Below the pieces are notes generated by a model, which ran no database searches, was not told the DNA's origin, and was given only the letters and a program-made list of their open reading frames with translations. Shown one piece after another: positions 38,153 to 50,925 of a stretch of 64,000 nt of DNA. The position numbers and the translations under genes are program-made. Position 1 is the first letter of the stretch. Every line of letters begins with the position of its first letter. The DNA is from Rhodospirillales bacterium (lineage in GTDB: Bacteria; Pseudomonadota; Alphaproteobacteria; Bin95): positions 1 through 64,000 of the forward strand of contig JAYQLI010000038.1 of NCBI GenBank assembly GCA_038143065.1. The letters are read 5' to 3'.

Positions 38153-38982
38153 GCGGCAATCAGATTAAACCGCCTTGCCTGATTGCGATAGGAACAAAAA
38201 GCTTTTTAGCCATGCTAATTCTTTATCTTTCCGTTATTCAAAACCAGCCCTGAATTATCAACTTGCAGTTATGCTGTAACCCTAGGGGGTTCCCACCTCT
38301 CACTGAGAAATGTGAAGACCTTCTGCATGAACGCGGTGTCGATGTGAGCTATGGATCTGTTCGGTACTGGTGGCATCATTTAATATCTCAGTTTAGCAAG
38401 CCAGATCCAAGACGGAGAGGGAATGCAGTCTAGTAAATGGAAGTGGCACCTGGATGAAGTCTTTGTGAAGATAAACGGGGAAAGACATTACCTGGCGTGC
38501 AGTCGATCGAAGGTGAGGTGCTCGAAATATGTAATAAAAGAAGACAAAAAGCAGCTTTAAAGTTCATGAAGAAAGCCATGCGGTGCTTTAGATCGCAATG
38601 AGATCTGTGGAGATAAGCTTGGGTCTTACGGGGTGCAGCAGCAAAGAGAACTGGGCTGTTCAGAAAAGCAGGTTACAAAGCGATGGGCAAATAACAGAGT
38701 TGAGAATTCACACTTACCGTTTCGACGACGCGAAAAGGCCATGCTTCGATTTAGACGCATGCACAGTCTACAGAAGTTCGCTTCAATCCATGCCTCGTTT
38801 CACAATCTATTCAACTCGCAAAGGTTACTCTCAAAACGCAGTACATTTAAACTTAACCGTGACGCTGCTCTCACCGAGTGGCCGTCTGTAGTGATCCAAC
38901 AGAATATACTCATCAATGAATTTTGGATGCCAGTTCTTGCCCAAGCAAAATCGAACAGAGTGCTCAATTTTTTGACAGCCCC
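38153..38982 (+). mobile_element. IS6 family element (transposase frameshifted)
   Basis: KTSPE..QLAVML, WHLDEVFVKING, NNRVENSHLPFRRRE; right IR-like TGACAGCCCC. Confidence 0.85.
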
Positions 38983-39027
38983 AATCCGACCACTCCGCTG
39001 ATGAGATTTTCGCCAGTAGACGAGTTA

Positions 39028-39995
39028 CTAGGGGTCTTTTCTGGGCATGACAGTCTCAAGTGTTTCGAGGGCATGCTGAAATTGCTCCTCTTTGATACGG
39101 CGAAGTGTTTCAGCGTCTTCGACACCGATAGAGTGGTTTATGGTCTGGCCTGCCGTCATGCGCCCGAGCCGGGGTAGGTCGGCAGAGATCACCGTGGCGA
39201 TCTTGGGGTATCCGCCAGTGGTCTGGCGGTCGGCGAGCAAGATGATCGGCTGCCCGGTTCCAGTCACCTGAATGGAGCCTGCAACGATGCCATCGGAGGC
39301 GATGTTGTAAACCCTCAGCATGCGACAGGGTGGCGCCATCCAATTGCAGGCCCATGCGGTTAGACCTTGCCGTGACCTTGTATCGGGAGGTGAGGAAAGT
39401 CCGGAGCGCCGGGGTGTGAAATAGTCGTCCTGTGGCCCGAGGATGACGCGGACAGGGCCGGGACATTGGCCAGCACGCTTTGATCTGAGCGCCGTTCCGC
39501 ACCGGTGGTCGGGTTCTCGCCGATGGCAGCGCGTCGCCTTTGACAAGCGCTCGGCCCTGCACGCCGCCCATTTTGCCGGGCAGATAAGTCGAGAGGCCGC
39601 CCAATTCGGGGACGATGGCAAAGCTGCCCTGGACGCCAAGGTAGCAGACGCCCGTGTCGCGGGTCGCGCCGATGCGGAACCGGGTGCCGGGTGACAGGAG
39701 GGCGCTTTGACCTGTGGGGATCGTGGGTCGCGGTCCCGCTGATAATCTCGATTGGGACCTGGGTTCCGGTAAGCGCCACCCGTGCCGGTCCGCCTGTCAC
39801 CTGCAGGGTGGGGCCCACCATCCGGATTTCCAGTGCTGCCGCGTTTGGCGGATTGCCGACCAGGGCGTTGGCAAGACGCAGGGCGTCGATGTCGAGCGCG
39901 CCCGAAACCGGTACGCCGAGCGCCTGGTGCCGAAACGGCCGGCGTCCTGGACCGTGGTCAGTCCTGGGTGGTCGACAATGAGCCGCGCGCCGTCA
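39028..39995 (-). CDS. pxpC: 5-oxoprolinase subunit C (frameshifted)
   Basis: TTVQDAGR, GPQDDYF and GQPIILLADRQTTGGYPKI motifs. Confidence 0.85.
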
Positions 39996-40710
39996 CAGCA
40001 GGAACTCTCTTGTGCGGCGAACCCGCCGGTGCGCAGGCGGGCTTCGATTTGATGGTAGTCGTCCAGCCCGACCTCGTGGAACTGCACCAGATCGCCCGGA
40101 GACAGAAGCGCCGGTTGTTGAGCAGTCTTGTCGAAAAGCAACACCGGCGTGCGCCCGATGATGTGCCAGCCGGTGGGGTTGGAATTGGGGTAGATCACGG
40201 TTTTGCCGGTGGCGGTCAGGACCGCGCCTGCCGGGACGTTGGGCACTGGGTTTTCGCGGCGCGGCAGTGCCATGTTTTCCGGCAGGTCGCCCAGATAGGG
40301 CTGGCCCGGAGCAAAGCCGAGCATATAGACGGTCTGCACGGTGCTGGTCATGGCCCTGACGATGTCGCGCGGCGCGCGTTTTGCATAATCGGCAACGGTT
40401 TCGAGATCCGGCGCAAAACCTTCGGCCTCGACACAGATGGGAAACGACCAGCGCGCCGCCAGCGCCGCTGGCGGCCGCCCGCCGGCAGCAGCGGCAATCG
40501 CCTTTTTCAAGGCGGCCTGAGTTGTGGTCAGCGGGTCATAATGCACCAGAGCGACAGATAGGTCGGCACGACCTCGATCGGCTCCAAGTGGGGTCGGCTG
40601 CGTTGATGTTGGCGCAGAGTTGCAGGACGCGGGCGCTGGTTTCGGGGGCGACATCGGTTCCCAGCACCACCCGTGAGACCGGTATCGCCGCTTGAAAGAA
40701 ACTCCATATC
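39993..40710 (-). CDS. pxpB: 5-oxoprolinase subunit B
   Basis: VYMLGFAPGQPYLG and PTGWHIIGRTP motifs. Confidence 0.85.
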
Positions 40711-40734
40711 CACCCTCATAAACGACTGCCGCCG

Positions 40735-41507
40735 GGTCAGTTGAGCGCCTGCGCCATCGGTTTGATCTCAATCCCAGACGCTTCAAGCGCGCGTCGAACT
40801 TCGGCAGCTGCTAAGTGCGCGGGCTGTCACCATGAACGCAGATGCTGTCGATGGCCACCTCAATGCGTCTGCCCGACAGGCTTTCAATGGCGCCGTCCTG
40901 AACGAAACGCACCATGCGCTCGGCGGCTTCCCGAGGGTCTTCGATCATCGCTCCCGGTGTTCCGCGTCGAACGAGCATGGCGTTGTCGTCATATCCTGTC
41001 AGCAAAGATTTCGCGGGCCACTTTCAGGCCAACTCTTCACCGGCGCGTTCAAGTTCGCTGTTGGGCAGGACCAGAAAGATCAGCTCGGGCGCGACGCGCT
41101 TGACCGCACGGGCGGCCGCCATAGCAAGATCCTTGTCTACGCAGGACATGTTTCCAAGCGCGCCGTGAATCTTGTAATGGGTGACCTCGGCACCGCAGGC
41201 GCGCGCGCCATGCCCTGGATGGCACCGGTGGGACCTGATAGATCAGCATTTTTTCGATCTCGACACATCCTGAACCACGATCCGGCGGCGGCCAAATCCC
41301 CAGAGATCCGTTGAAACCGGGATGTGCCTGGATCCCGACGCCGTTGGCCTTGGCCATCTCGATGGTGCGGTGCATGACCACCGGATCGCCGCCGTAGCCC
41401 GCGAGACGTTGGCCGAAGAGATCACCTTGAGGATCTCTTCGTCATTGCCGATCGTGTAGGCGCCGAAGCTTTCGCCCATGTCGCAGTTCAGGATCGATAC
41501 TTGCCAT
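40735..41507 (-). CDS. pxpA: 5-oxoprolinase subunit A (LamB/YcsF, frameshifted)
   Basis: LNCDMGESFGAY...SSANV, AHPG, HGAL and SICVHGD motifs. Confidence 0.88.
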
Positions 41508-41516
41508 GTCGGTTCT

Positions 41517-42816
41517 CTATCCTTTGAACGAAACCACTCCGGGCAGATAGGTTACAATGCCCGGGAACAGGGTGATGAGGGAAGACCATGGCCACCATGA
41601 TCAGGAAAACGGCAGGGTCGCCCTGGCAATCCGTCCGATTTTTTCGCCGGTCAGCCCCTGAATGACAAACAGGTTGAACCCGACAGGCGGTGTGATCTGG
41701 GCCATTTCGACAACGATCACCAGAAACACCCCGAACCAGATCTTGTCAAAGCCCGCATGCAGGATCAGCGGCAGGGTGATCGGCAGGGTCATGACGATGG
41801 TGGAGAGGCCTTCGAGCACCATGCCGAGGGATCGCGTAGAAAACGAGCAGCGCGATCAGCATGAAGGGTGTCAGGTCCATTGCCGCGATTTCGGCGGAGA
41901 TGGCGCGCGGTACGCCGAGAAAGCCCATGGCGCGCGACAGAAAAATTGGCGCCGGCAATGATCAGGCCGATCATCGAGATCGTGCGGATGGCTCCGAAAG
42001 CCGCCATCTACCAGGTTGGCCCAGGTCAGTGCCCTGTAAAGCGCTGACCAGCATCGCGCCCAGCACGCCAACGGCGGCGGCCTCGGACGGGCTGGCATAG
42101 CCGCCATACATCGAGCCGATCACGACCAGGATTAGGAACAGCACCGGCCCGAGATGGCGCAGGGCAAAGATACGTTCGGTCCAGGTGAAGCTCATTTTTT
42201 CGTCCGGAACTACGTCGGATCTCAGGGCCGCACTGATCGCGAGATACCCAACATAGGCCCCAGCAAGCAGGATGCCGGGTATGATGCCCGCAATAAACAG
42301 CCGCAGGATCGACGCCTCGGCCAGAACCCCGTAGATGATCATGATGATCGATGGCGGGATCAGAAAGCCCAAGGTTCCTGCGCCCGCAAGTGAGCCCATG
42401 GCCAGGTCTTTGTTGTATCCACGATTCAGCAGTTCGCTCATGGTGATGCGGCCCACGGTTGCCGTGGTCGCGGCGGAAGATCGAGACTGCGGCAAACAGC
42501 GTACATCCCAGAACGTTCACATGTAGCAAACGGCCGTGTCGTTGGTGGTCCACGGCGTCAGACCCGAGAAAGCGACGACGATAGCTTCGAGCGAAACAGG
42601 ATTCAGCCATCAGAATGAACATCGGCAGGGCGATGAGTTCCGGGGTGGTTGAAACGTTCCAGGTCAACTGCCCCATCAGCAGATCGATAGGCATGTTTTT
42701 GAAGATGGCCAGGGCGACGACGCCAACGATGTAGAGGCCGAAGCTTATCCAGACACCGGTGCGAGGGCAAGCGCAAGAAGGACAACCAGAATGGTGAGTG
42801 AGATATAACTAATCAT
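41517..42816 (-). CDS. TRAP transporter large permease (DctM)
   Basis: AGAGTLGFLIPPSI and ITPPVGFNLFV motifs. Confidence 0.88.
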
Positions 42817-43345
42817 GTCTTACGCCTCATTCGACCGTGAATTTTCGCGGATGGCGTCGTCTTCCGGCGCTTCACCAAGGAGGAGGCGGATGTGGCGCAA
42901 TGACCATCTGAATCGCCAGCAATGCACTGTTTGAAAGCGATGACAGCCTGCGGGATCGCTAATGGAGTGGCCTCAATGGTGGAGATGTGCTCCCGCACGA
43001 GTAGGAACAAGCGCAGAACTGAAACCATTGCATGTAGAAAGTAAATCGAAAACACAGCTCCATAGCTGTTGCGAAGAGCCTCCATGATCCGCGTATTACG
43101 TTCGCTCAAACCCACGCAAGAGTGCCACACGTACGTGCCCGCCAGTCCGCAAAGTATAGGGGGCGCCAAGAAAACAGCGCACCCGTATAAGTAGGCAGCA
43201 TATTCCCGGGCAAAGCTCAATGAAGCGCTAAAGAAAAGACCTTGCTATTATTTCGAAATGATTAGCGCCGCAATTCCGAAAACCAGGATAGCAGCAAGCC
43301 CTGCAATCCAACGCGAAACCGTATCAAATGTGGTGAGAATACGCA
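42813..43345 (-). CDS. TRAP transporter small permease (DctQ, frameshifted)
   Basis: EYAAYL, GGHVRV and TPLAIPQ motifs; lies between DctP and DctM. Confidence 0.7.
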
Positions 43346-43409
43346 AATTGTTGCCTCCGGTGCGGATTGGTCCGATGCGCGGATGGGACCGGACCAACTG
43401 TATACCCTG

Positions 43410-44387
43410 AATCAGCGACCTGTCGCGGCTTAAAAAACTCATCTAGAACCGGTCTGGCGTCTGGAGTTTTGGCGAGGAAGTCGCCAATCATGTTTGCCGT
43501 CGCCGCCCGCATCGCTGCGATCATACCGTCTGAGACATTCGCGGTGGCGAAGCCCGTTGTCAGCTAGATGGCCATTTGGCGGCTTCTTCTGCTTTGGAGA
43601 TCGCCCAGAACTCAGGTTCCAGACTCGCTGCTACTGATTCAATGGCAGCACGATCAGCTTCGGTCAAAGCGTTCCAGCTATCGGGTTTCATTTGATTTCT
43701 GAGATAGCGAATCAAACGTGGCCCGTGGGGTAAAAGTAGTCTAAGAATTCCCAAAATTTGCCATCTACACCCGAGCTGGCAGATGTGGTTACTCCGTCGA
43801 TTGTGCCTGAAGCGAGCGATGGCACGACTTCGCCCCAAGGCATTTGAACGGCTGTCATGCCGATCGCGTTGAATAGCTCGGTTGTAGTGGTTGCTTCGAA
43901 TTTTTTTACACCCGACAAATCGCTAAGCGTATCGGTCTTAACCTTCGAGAAGATGCCAGGTGCGGGCCAAGGGACCATATAAAGAACTTTTTGGTTGTTG
44001 GCTGCTGCAACGTCGTCAACAACTGGTCGGAAAAACGTGTGTAGCTCGGCCAACTCGTCGTAGCCATTCACTAAGAAGGGGATGGACTCAATACCCAGCA
44101 TGGGCGCTTCGCCAACCTGTTGGCTAAGGTAAACATCGCCGATTGGCACCGCTGTCGCGGATGGCACCCAGCATTTCGGGTCCGGAGAAACCAAGCGAAC
44201 CGCTTCCGTGTACGGTGATCTGAACCCGACCTTCGGTGGCTTCCGCTACGGCTACTAAAAAGAATTCGCGTTCTTTGTGTGGAAATTACCATCAGGCCAC
44301 GGCAGCGACATATCCCAATTTTCGGCAAAGCCGTGCCGGTCAGTGACGCCGCTGTCAGGCAGCTATCGTTTTAGTGAAGAATGTCAT
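43410..44387 (-). CDS. TRAP substrate-binding protein (DctP, frameshifted)
   Basis: WPDGNFH and QMPWGEVVPSLASGTIDGV motifs. Confidence 0.85.
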
Positions 44388-44500
44388 TAGAAAACCTCCG
44401 TTTCAGTTTTGTGATGTTATGCCAATTTGGCGTTGGATTAATTTTGCGAGTGCTCTTTATCGGAGCCTTTAGATACCTCTCTCAAGCGGCCGAAGTTACC

Positions 44501-45701
44501 TCATTGTAGGCTTTTTCCCAGACGAGGATGCCTTCGTGGATTTTCTCTGGTGGAACTGACTGTAGGCAAAGCGCAAAAAATTGCCGGGATTTTCGTTTGG
44601 GAAGCATAATCTGCCACTGCCGACTTCGACCCCATGCTCCACGGCACGAGAGGCGACGTAGTCGCCGGAATTGCTTTCAGGCAGCTCAGCCCAGAGAAAG
44701 TAACCCCACTGGGTGGATCGACTTTTGGCTTCGGCAGGAACTCATCCAGTGTCCCTGATCCATCGATCGATATCTCGGCCAGTTTGTTCCGGATCGCATC
44801 ATATGATCTGTCACCAAGTCGATATGCTCGGCCAGTTTGTTCGACCGATCGCATCAACAATGATACGCTGCGTGAACGGCAAGAGCTGCCATCGGATTTC
44901 TGAAGTCCCATCCGTCGCACAAATCTGGCGCGCCGTGGCAATCGCCCAGCCAATCCTAAGGCCGGGGGCATGACCGCCATCGGATTTCTGAGGTCCCATC
45001 CGTCGCACAATCTCGGGAACCGGATCGCCCGATTACCCGGCCATCTGTGTCCATGGATTTGATCGGTGGGACAGGATCTTCCTCTAACGGATACGGCGAT
45101 AGGGATCATCCTCAAGAATGACGAAATCATATTCCTTGGCCAGTCGCAGAAGCTCCTGCGCCGCGCCACCGACATGGTGATCCTGGTCGGGTTGTGAAAA
45201 TCCGGGATGTCGAATAGGAGTTTCGGCAGAGATTCACCGTTGGCACGCATGGTAGCCAGCCGGTTTTCAAGAATGTCGGAGCGCATACCCTCGTCGTCTT
45301 GGGGGATCGAGACAAACGTCAACCCGTGGCTGCGCAGGCACTGCAGCGTGGTCATGTAGTCGGGGCAGTCACGATGATCTAATGCACCGGGTTAAGTGAA
45401 TCGCAGGAGGAGATCGGTGGCATGCTGGCGCTGTTTGTAATCAATACCTGGTCCGGAGTGCAGCGAATGCCATCCGCTGCAACGTAAGACGCGATCGCCT
45501 CGCGCAGGTCTTCAATCCCCATCAAAGGACCGTATTGCATTGACTCTGCGACAAACGCCGACGCTGCCTCCGTCGCCTCGCGAGATAGGTCAGGAAAGTT
45601 GGGGGTAAACTGATCCCACGCTCAGCATGATAACCCCAGGAGCGTGATCATACACCGATTTTCCCAATACCAGCACGTCGTGCGAAACGGTATTGGCCCA
45701 T
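44501..45701 (-). CDS. PLP-dependent class I/II aminotransferase (frameshifted)
   Basis: MQYGP, IPDFHNP, EDDPY and APGLRIGW motifs. Confidence 0.8.
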
Positions 45702-45839
45702 ATTGTATTCCCTTGAAGATTGTTTTGTTGGTTGAACCACTAAATAACAATGTTATGCATTATGCTTTATAATTAAACAAGTCAAAATGATAATATAGAA
45801 TAACCATCAGAATTCATTATCTAATTCTTTGGTAAAATT

Positions 45840-46496
45840 TTACACGTTGAGACTTTTAAGATATTGAATTGTAGCCCTGGCCGTTGAGGTTGCGCTTGAA
45901 TTCCGTATAACTTCCATCGCCAGATTCACACGCTGCAATCAGTTTTCTGTGCTCAGATGTTGAGGTTTAAGCGACTGGTTCATTCCAAAGCGCATACATT
46001 GGAATGAGGACTTCAACGAGAGAATTGAACCATGTAGGCTTGACGTTGCCAAAGCCTTAGAATATTGTGTTGTGAAATTCATTCAAGGCATTTATCTCTG
46101 ATTGATCTTGTCGTATTATTATTGTCTTAACTGCTCGTTGATACGCTTGAGTGATGCGACAAATTCTAAGTGCTATTTACTGCTGTGAGCCTGACTGCCT
46201 CAATTTCTAGCATCCGACGCACTTTAAGATTTGAAGATGTTTTGGGTCATTTCAGCCACCTTGGATTGATTGGTGCGAATGTCTTTCTACAATACCGTTA
46301 CCAGTAATACGATGATCGCCTCACGGATTGGCGTAACTTTTAAACCCAGGTCTTCTTCAATCTGCCTTTGTGAAATCAATTGGCCCGGGCGGTAAATGCC
46401 GGTTTCAATTGCATTTCTAATAAATGCCTCTGCGACTTCACGCTTTGTCATTGCTACGGGGTTGTTGGTAGATAAAGATTTTTTTATCGGAGGCAT
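45840..46496 (-). CDS. GntR family regulator (frameshifted)
   Basis: IRNAIETGIYRPGQ...TPIREA wHTH; EFHN and SEH FCD residues. Confidence 0.75.
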
Positions 46497-46649
46497 TGAG
46501 CGTCACAATTTAGGTATTTGACTGAGTAGTTATTAAGTGAAGGTGAGGAAAATTACAACGAGCAAGTAAATTTTTGATCTGATAGGCTAAATGTTTATTG
46601 TTTCGCATAATGGTCGGTAGTAACCTGATTTGGTAGAAACAAGCGGTAG

Positions 46650-47293
46650 TGTCTCAAATCTTCCAGCTTTGTGGTTAAATGCTGTGTTGAGGTTCCACTC
46701 TCATTGAGAAATGTAGAAGACCTCTGCATGAACGCGGTGTCGATGTGAGCTATGAATCCTATTCGGTACTGGTGGCATAGATTTGGCTCTCAATTCGCAA
46801 ACCAAATCAAAAAGCGCAGGGCAGGGGGAATGCAGTCCAGTAATTGGAAATGGCACCTGGATGAAGTCTTTGTGCAAAGATAAATGGTGAAAGGCATTAC
46901 CTGTGGCGTGCAGTCGATCATGAAGGCGAGGAGCTAGAAAGCTATGTCACTAAAAAGAGATTAAAAAAGCAGCTTTTAAAGTTCATTAAGAAAGCCATGC
47001 GGCGCTATGGAACTCCCAACGAGATCGTCACAGATAAGCTTCGGTCCTACAGTGCAGCAGCAAGAGACCTGGGCTGTTCGGAAAAGCAGCTTACTAAGCG
47101 ATGGGCAAACAACAGAGTTGAAAACTCACATTTACCCATTTCGACGAAGAGAAAGAGCCATGCTTCGATTTCGACGAATGCACAGTCTACAGAAGTTCGC
47201 CTCAATCCATGCCTCGTTTCACAATCTTTTTAACTCGCAAAAGTCACTTTTAAAAACAGTACTTTAAAAGTGCTTGGAAGTGATACCGCTCTC
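46650..47293 (+). mobile_element. IS6 family element, truncated
   Basis: WHLDEVFV, IVTDKLRSY and NNRVENSH motifs; high identity to the copy at 38.2-39.0 kb. Confidence 0.85.
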
Positions 47294-47629
47294 AACAAAT
47301 TGAGTTAAATAGTGATTTAAAAACAATCGCAAAATGAATGCCGATTGTTTGGGGGCATTGGTCTGACAAAGCACCTTCGAAGTTATCATAAAGTTTGTAA
47401 AATTCGATCCCTAGGACCGCTAGTAGAAAAGAATCAGCAAGCGCTTGGAATTCACCTGATAACCAATTCAACTCAAGGCGCATCTACAATCCATACGTAA
47501 ATTCGCTAAGTCGTTTCTGTTCTCTGAAGAAAGTTGCTGGGTTAGCGAATTACCCATTCTCTGAAAAATATCTGAAGTTTAATCCGCTTACGGGCCATAG
47601 ATATTATGAGCCGTCTGCTGGCAAGTGGG

Positions 47630-48579
47630 TGGAAGTCAAGAAATTGCGGGTGTTTTTTCATCCAGAATTATTGAGATTTGCTTTTCGGTTACACTAGGGA
47701 CTTCAGCCTGGGAATTATGTTCTCAAAAATGTGAAACATACTCCAATTGGATGCGACTTCATTATCGTCTTTTTGTGGCAAAGTTGGTGAGCGTGCGAGC
47801 CAACAATTTACATAATCGTGTGACATCATCAGCCGGTCAATATAACCACGTTGGATCAATTCAAACAGATTAGCAATCCTTACTTCGTCGGAAATAATGC
47901 TATCAAGACCAAAACGGTCAAATCCCACATAAACGCCGCGAGCTGCAAGAGAAGCTTGATATTCTAAATCGTTGTGCCCACAGCTATGACCGATCAGAAC
48001 TTGATTGGATTTCATCTGAGCTGCGAGCATGTAGTCGATCTGATCGTGGCCACAATTATCCTTACGTGTGGCTAAGTACCGGTAATCCTATCCTCAGGCA
48101 GGACGCCTGCAGCTTGCAAGATTTTTCTTTCGTACTCTGAAATAGTGTTTAACCCAGTCGCAATCTTTATTATGCCTGGTTTAATTCCGCTGTTCCCGAT
48201 GCCATTTTCGATTTCAAGGATGTAGTTTTCTGCAATTTCCTCGATATCAAAGGTTTCTGAATGTCGCTGACATTCCAAGTTCTTCAAAATAGACGCCGCT
48301 AGAGCAGACAATATTAATCCCGCTGTTTTGTGAAACTTCTGCCATGAAATCTATCATCACGACCCATATCGGCAGGGCAGGGATCAACAACGGTTTTTAC
48401 GTCGTAGTCATGCAGTCGTTTGAAGTTACTTGTGACATGGGCTAAGGCGCTTTTTCGATCGAAAACTCTGGTGACCTGAGTCGAAATAAGGGGCATTGAT
48501 CATGATGATATTCATGTATCAGGGTACGGCCAAGTTCTTCTGCGTCGATAGGACCAAGGACTGTGTTAACTTGCGGCAT
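47630..48579 (-). CDS. Phosphotriesterase family protein (PTE/PLL-like, frameshifted)
   Basis: VNTVLGPIDAEELGRTLIHE(H), GIIK, IGH, GFDRFG and MSHD metal-ligand motifs. Confidence 0.85.
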
Positions 48580-49178
48580 GTAATGTCTCTCGTTCACGCT
48601 GGGATGGGCTCCAACCGTAAAAAGTAGAAGGCCCTGGTTTCTGTGGGGATGCGTTCCAATTGGCGGTTTCTTGTAACTGCGAAATTGTTAAGCATATTAG
48701 ATTTCGCAAATTAGCTTTGGACCAAATTTTAGTCAATGGTTTTGCGATAATCATTTTCTACATGGCGAAGGAAATTTTTTATAAGCAGAAGAATAATGTG
48801 TGAAGCATACTGTCGTTTAGTTGATTCATACAATTTTAGATACTTGAGATAGTGAAAATTTAACTCTTTAAGACTTCAAAAACGAAAGTTTCGACGATAG
48901 TGAGCACCGGATTAGTATTGTGGAGCCGGGAAAATTAGCATTTTATGTATATTATTCTCTAAGGAGAAAAAAATTCTTTACTTTTGTGGTGAAGTAATTA
49001 CGACTTTAATAACGGCAAGGTCAAATGGTGACAGCTTTAGTAGGTGCCAATTTGTGCAAAGCACTAAGGGTTTAGTACAATGATTGCTGAGCAGCCATTG
49101 AGCGTAGCGAAGCTACTAGTCGTGACCAACTATCCCAGCCGCGATTGCGGATGCGGACGACTTAAATGGAGGATAAAA

Positions 49179-50313
49179 ATGAAACTGAATACCACTACAA
49201 TGACTTCGCTCATCGGAGCTGGTCTGATCCCGGTTCGGGCCGCTTCAGCAGAGACATCTCTAAACGCAGGTTCCGGCGTGGGAGAGACAAGCTCGGCTCT
49301 ACTGGGTGTTTGAGCAAATGGCGGCAAAGGCAACTGCTGAAGGCGTGAATGTTGAGGTCTTTGGCGCAGAGTTGCTTGGGCTTGGTGAAATTCCACAGGG
49401 TGTTACTGATGGGGGTCGTCGACATAGGTCTAGTCGTCACCCCTTACTTCCTGCTGAATTTTTCGGAAATCAACCTTGCGGCGAACGCCAGTATGTTGGC
49501 TACGAGCGGCAAACCCACTAAATGGCTGGGACCCGCTGCTGGTTTGGCAATTACCGATTATAACCTGAAGTAGCGCCGACAGTCGGAATCGGATGAAAAG
49601 GCGTAACCATGTTCTTGGGTACTGGCGCTGGTATCCCTTATTGGTTACTGTGTAATGGAAGTCGTATTGAAAGCATCGCCGATCTAAAGGGTAAGAAAAT
49701 TCGTGCGACCGCAAACTTCGGCCGCTGGGCGGAAAAAATGGGGGGCTACGGCTGTAAGCATTGGTGCTGGCGATGTTTATGAGGCTTTGGCACAGGGCGT
49801 CGTCGATTTGTACTGCAATGGAAACCGTTCAGCTAACCAATTTCTCGCTTGCAGATGTGGTGACGAGCGTAACGGCAGGGTTCCTGGCGGTATCTTTAAC
49901 GGTCTTGGCGTAAATGGAATCGTGAGACATGGCAATCTTGAGCGTGGACGAGCGCAATGCATTGTTTGAAGCTGCAATCGAGTCGCATGCTGCTTACACT
50001 TGGGAATTCCAACCAGATTGGTCGCAAGAATTGGGACCGCTTGAAGAGTGGGGCATCGAAGCTGTTCAGGCAGACGACGAAAGCTTCTTGAAGCAACCAA
50101 CGCATTTGTGGAATCTGATCTTGCGGTTGTTCAGTCCCAATTTACCGAAAAATATGGCGTCTCTAACGTGGTTGAAAAACTTGCAAAGATCGCCGAACTT
50201 ACTGAATACTACAAAGGGTTGTTGCTGATGTTGAAACCAACGACCGTGAAGTCTGGGCTCAAATCTTTCGTGACGAAATCTTCAGCAAGATCGATAAATC
50301 GACTTACGGTATG
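49179..50313 (+). CDS. TRAP substrate-binding protein (DctP-like, frameshifted)
   Basis: Signal peptide, ADLKGKKIR and DVYEALAQGVVD motifs. Confidence 0.75.
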
Positions 50314-50405
50314 AATTGATCAACAATGAAGTGGCGTGCCAACTTTTTTGATTTGGCGCTTCTGATACAACAGTTCATGTTGCTTAGAGCTTATTACATG
50401 TAAAT

Positions 50406-50925
50406 GTGAGTATTATGATGCAAATTCAAAAGATACTGGATCGTGTTCTTAGGTTGACTGAATTGGTTGGTTTTTTTGCCGTTGGTTTGATGGTAGTTCA
50501 AATTACAGCCGACGTAGTATCAGAATACGTCTTTCGTTTTCCGTTGCCTGCAACGGTGACTAGTGTGTCAAATTACTATATGCTTGTAATTGCTTTTCTT
50601 CCGTTAGCGTTGGCAGAGAGATGCGACCAGCATATCTCAGTAGAGGTCTTGTTCGACCACTTTCCCGACATATTACAGCACGTTCTAATCGGAGCTAGCT
50701 ATGTTTTCAGCGCATTAGTTTTCGGTGGGTTAGCTTGGCAGACTTGGATTTCCGATGAATGAAGAGCAAGCATCGGCTCATTCATGATGGAGCAAGGCAT
50801 CAAAGTGCTAATTTGGCCCGCTCATTTTATGTTGCCGCTTGGTTCAGGGCTGTTGACACTAGTTCTAATTTTTAAACTCATCTTGTACCAGGAAAAGACT
50901 TTCGAGGAGAGGACTGATGTCTAAC
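50406..50925 (+). CDS. TRAP small permease (DctQ)
   Basis: ADV..Y.F..PLP, YYML...FLPLA..E...HISVE motifs. Confidence 0.8.

Noticed and set aside
39782-40561. 259-aa plus-strand ORF and similar long antisense ORFs (e.g. 10346-10924, 55893-56387)
   Set aside because: Shadow frames opposite recognisable genes, mostly in GC-richer DNA.
44888-45010. CRISPR-like repeat-spacer-repeat
   Set aside because: Only two copies, located inside a coding sequence, with no cas genes or leader.
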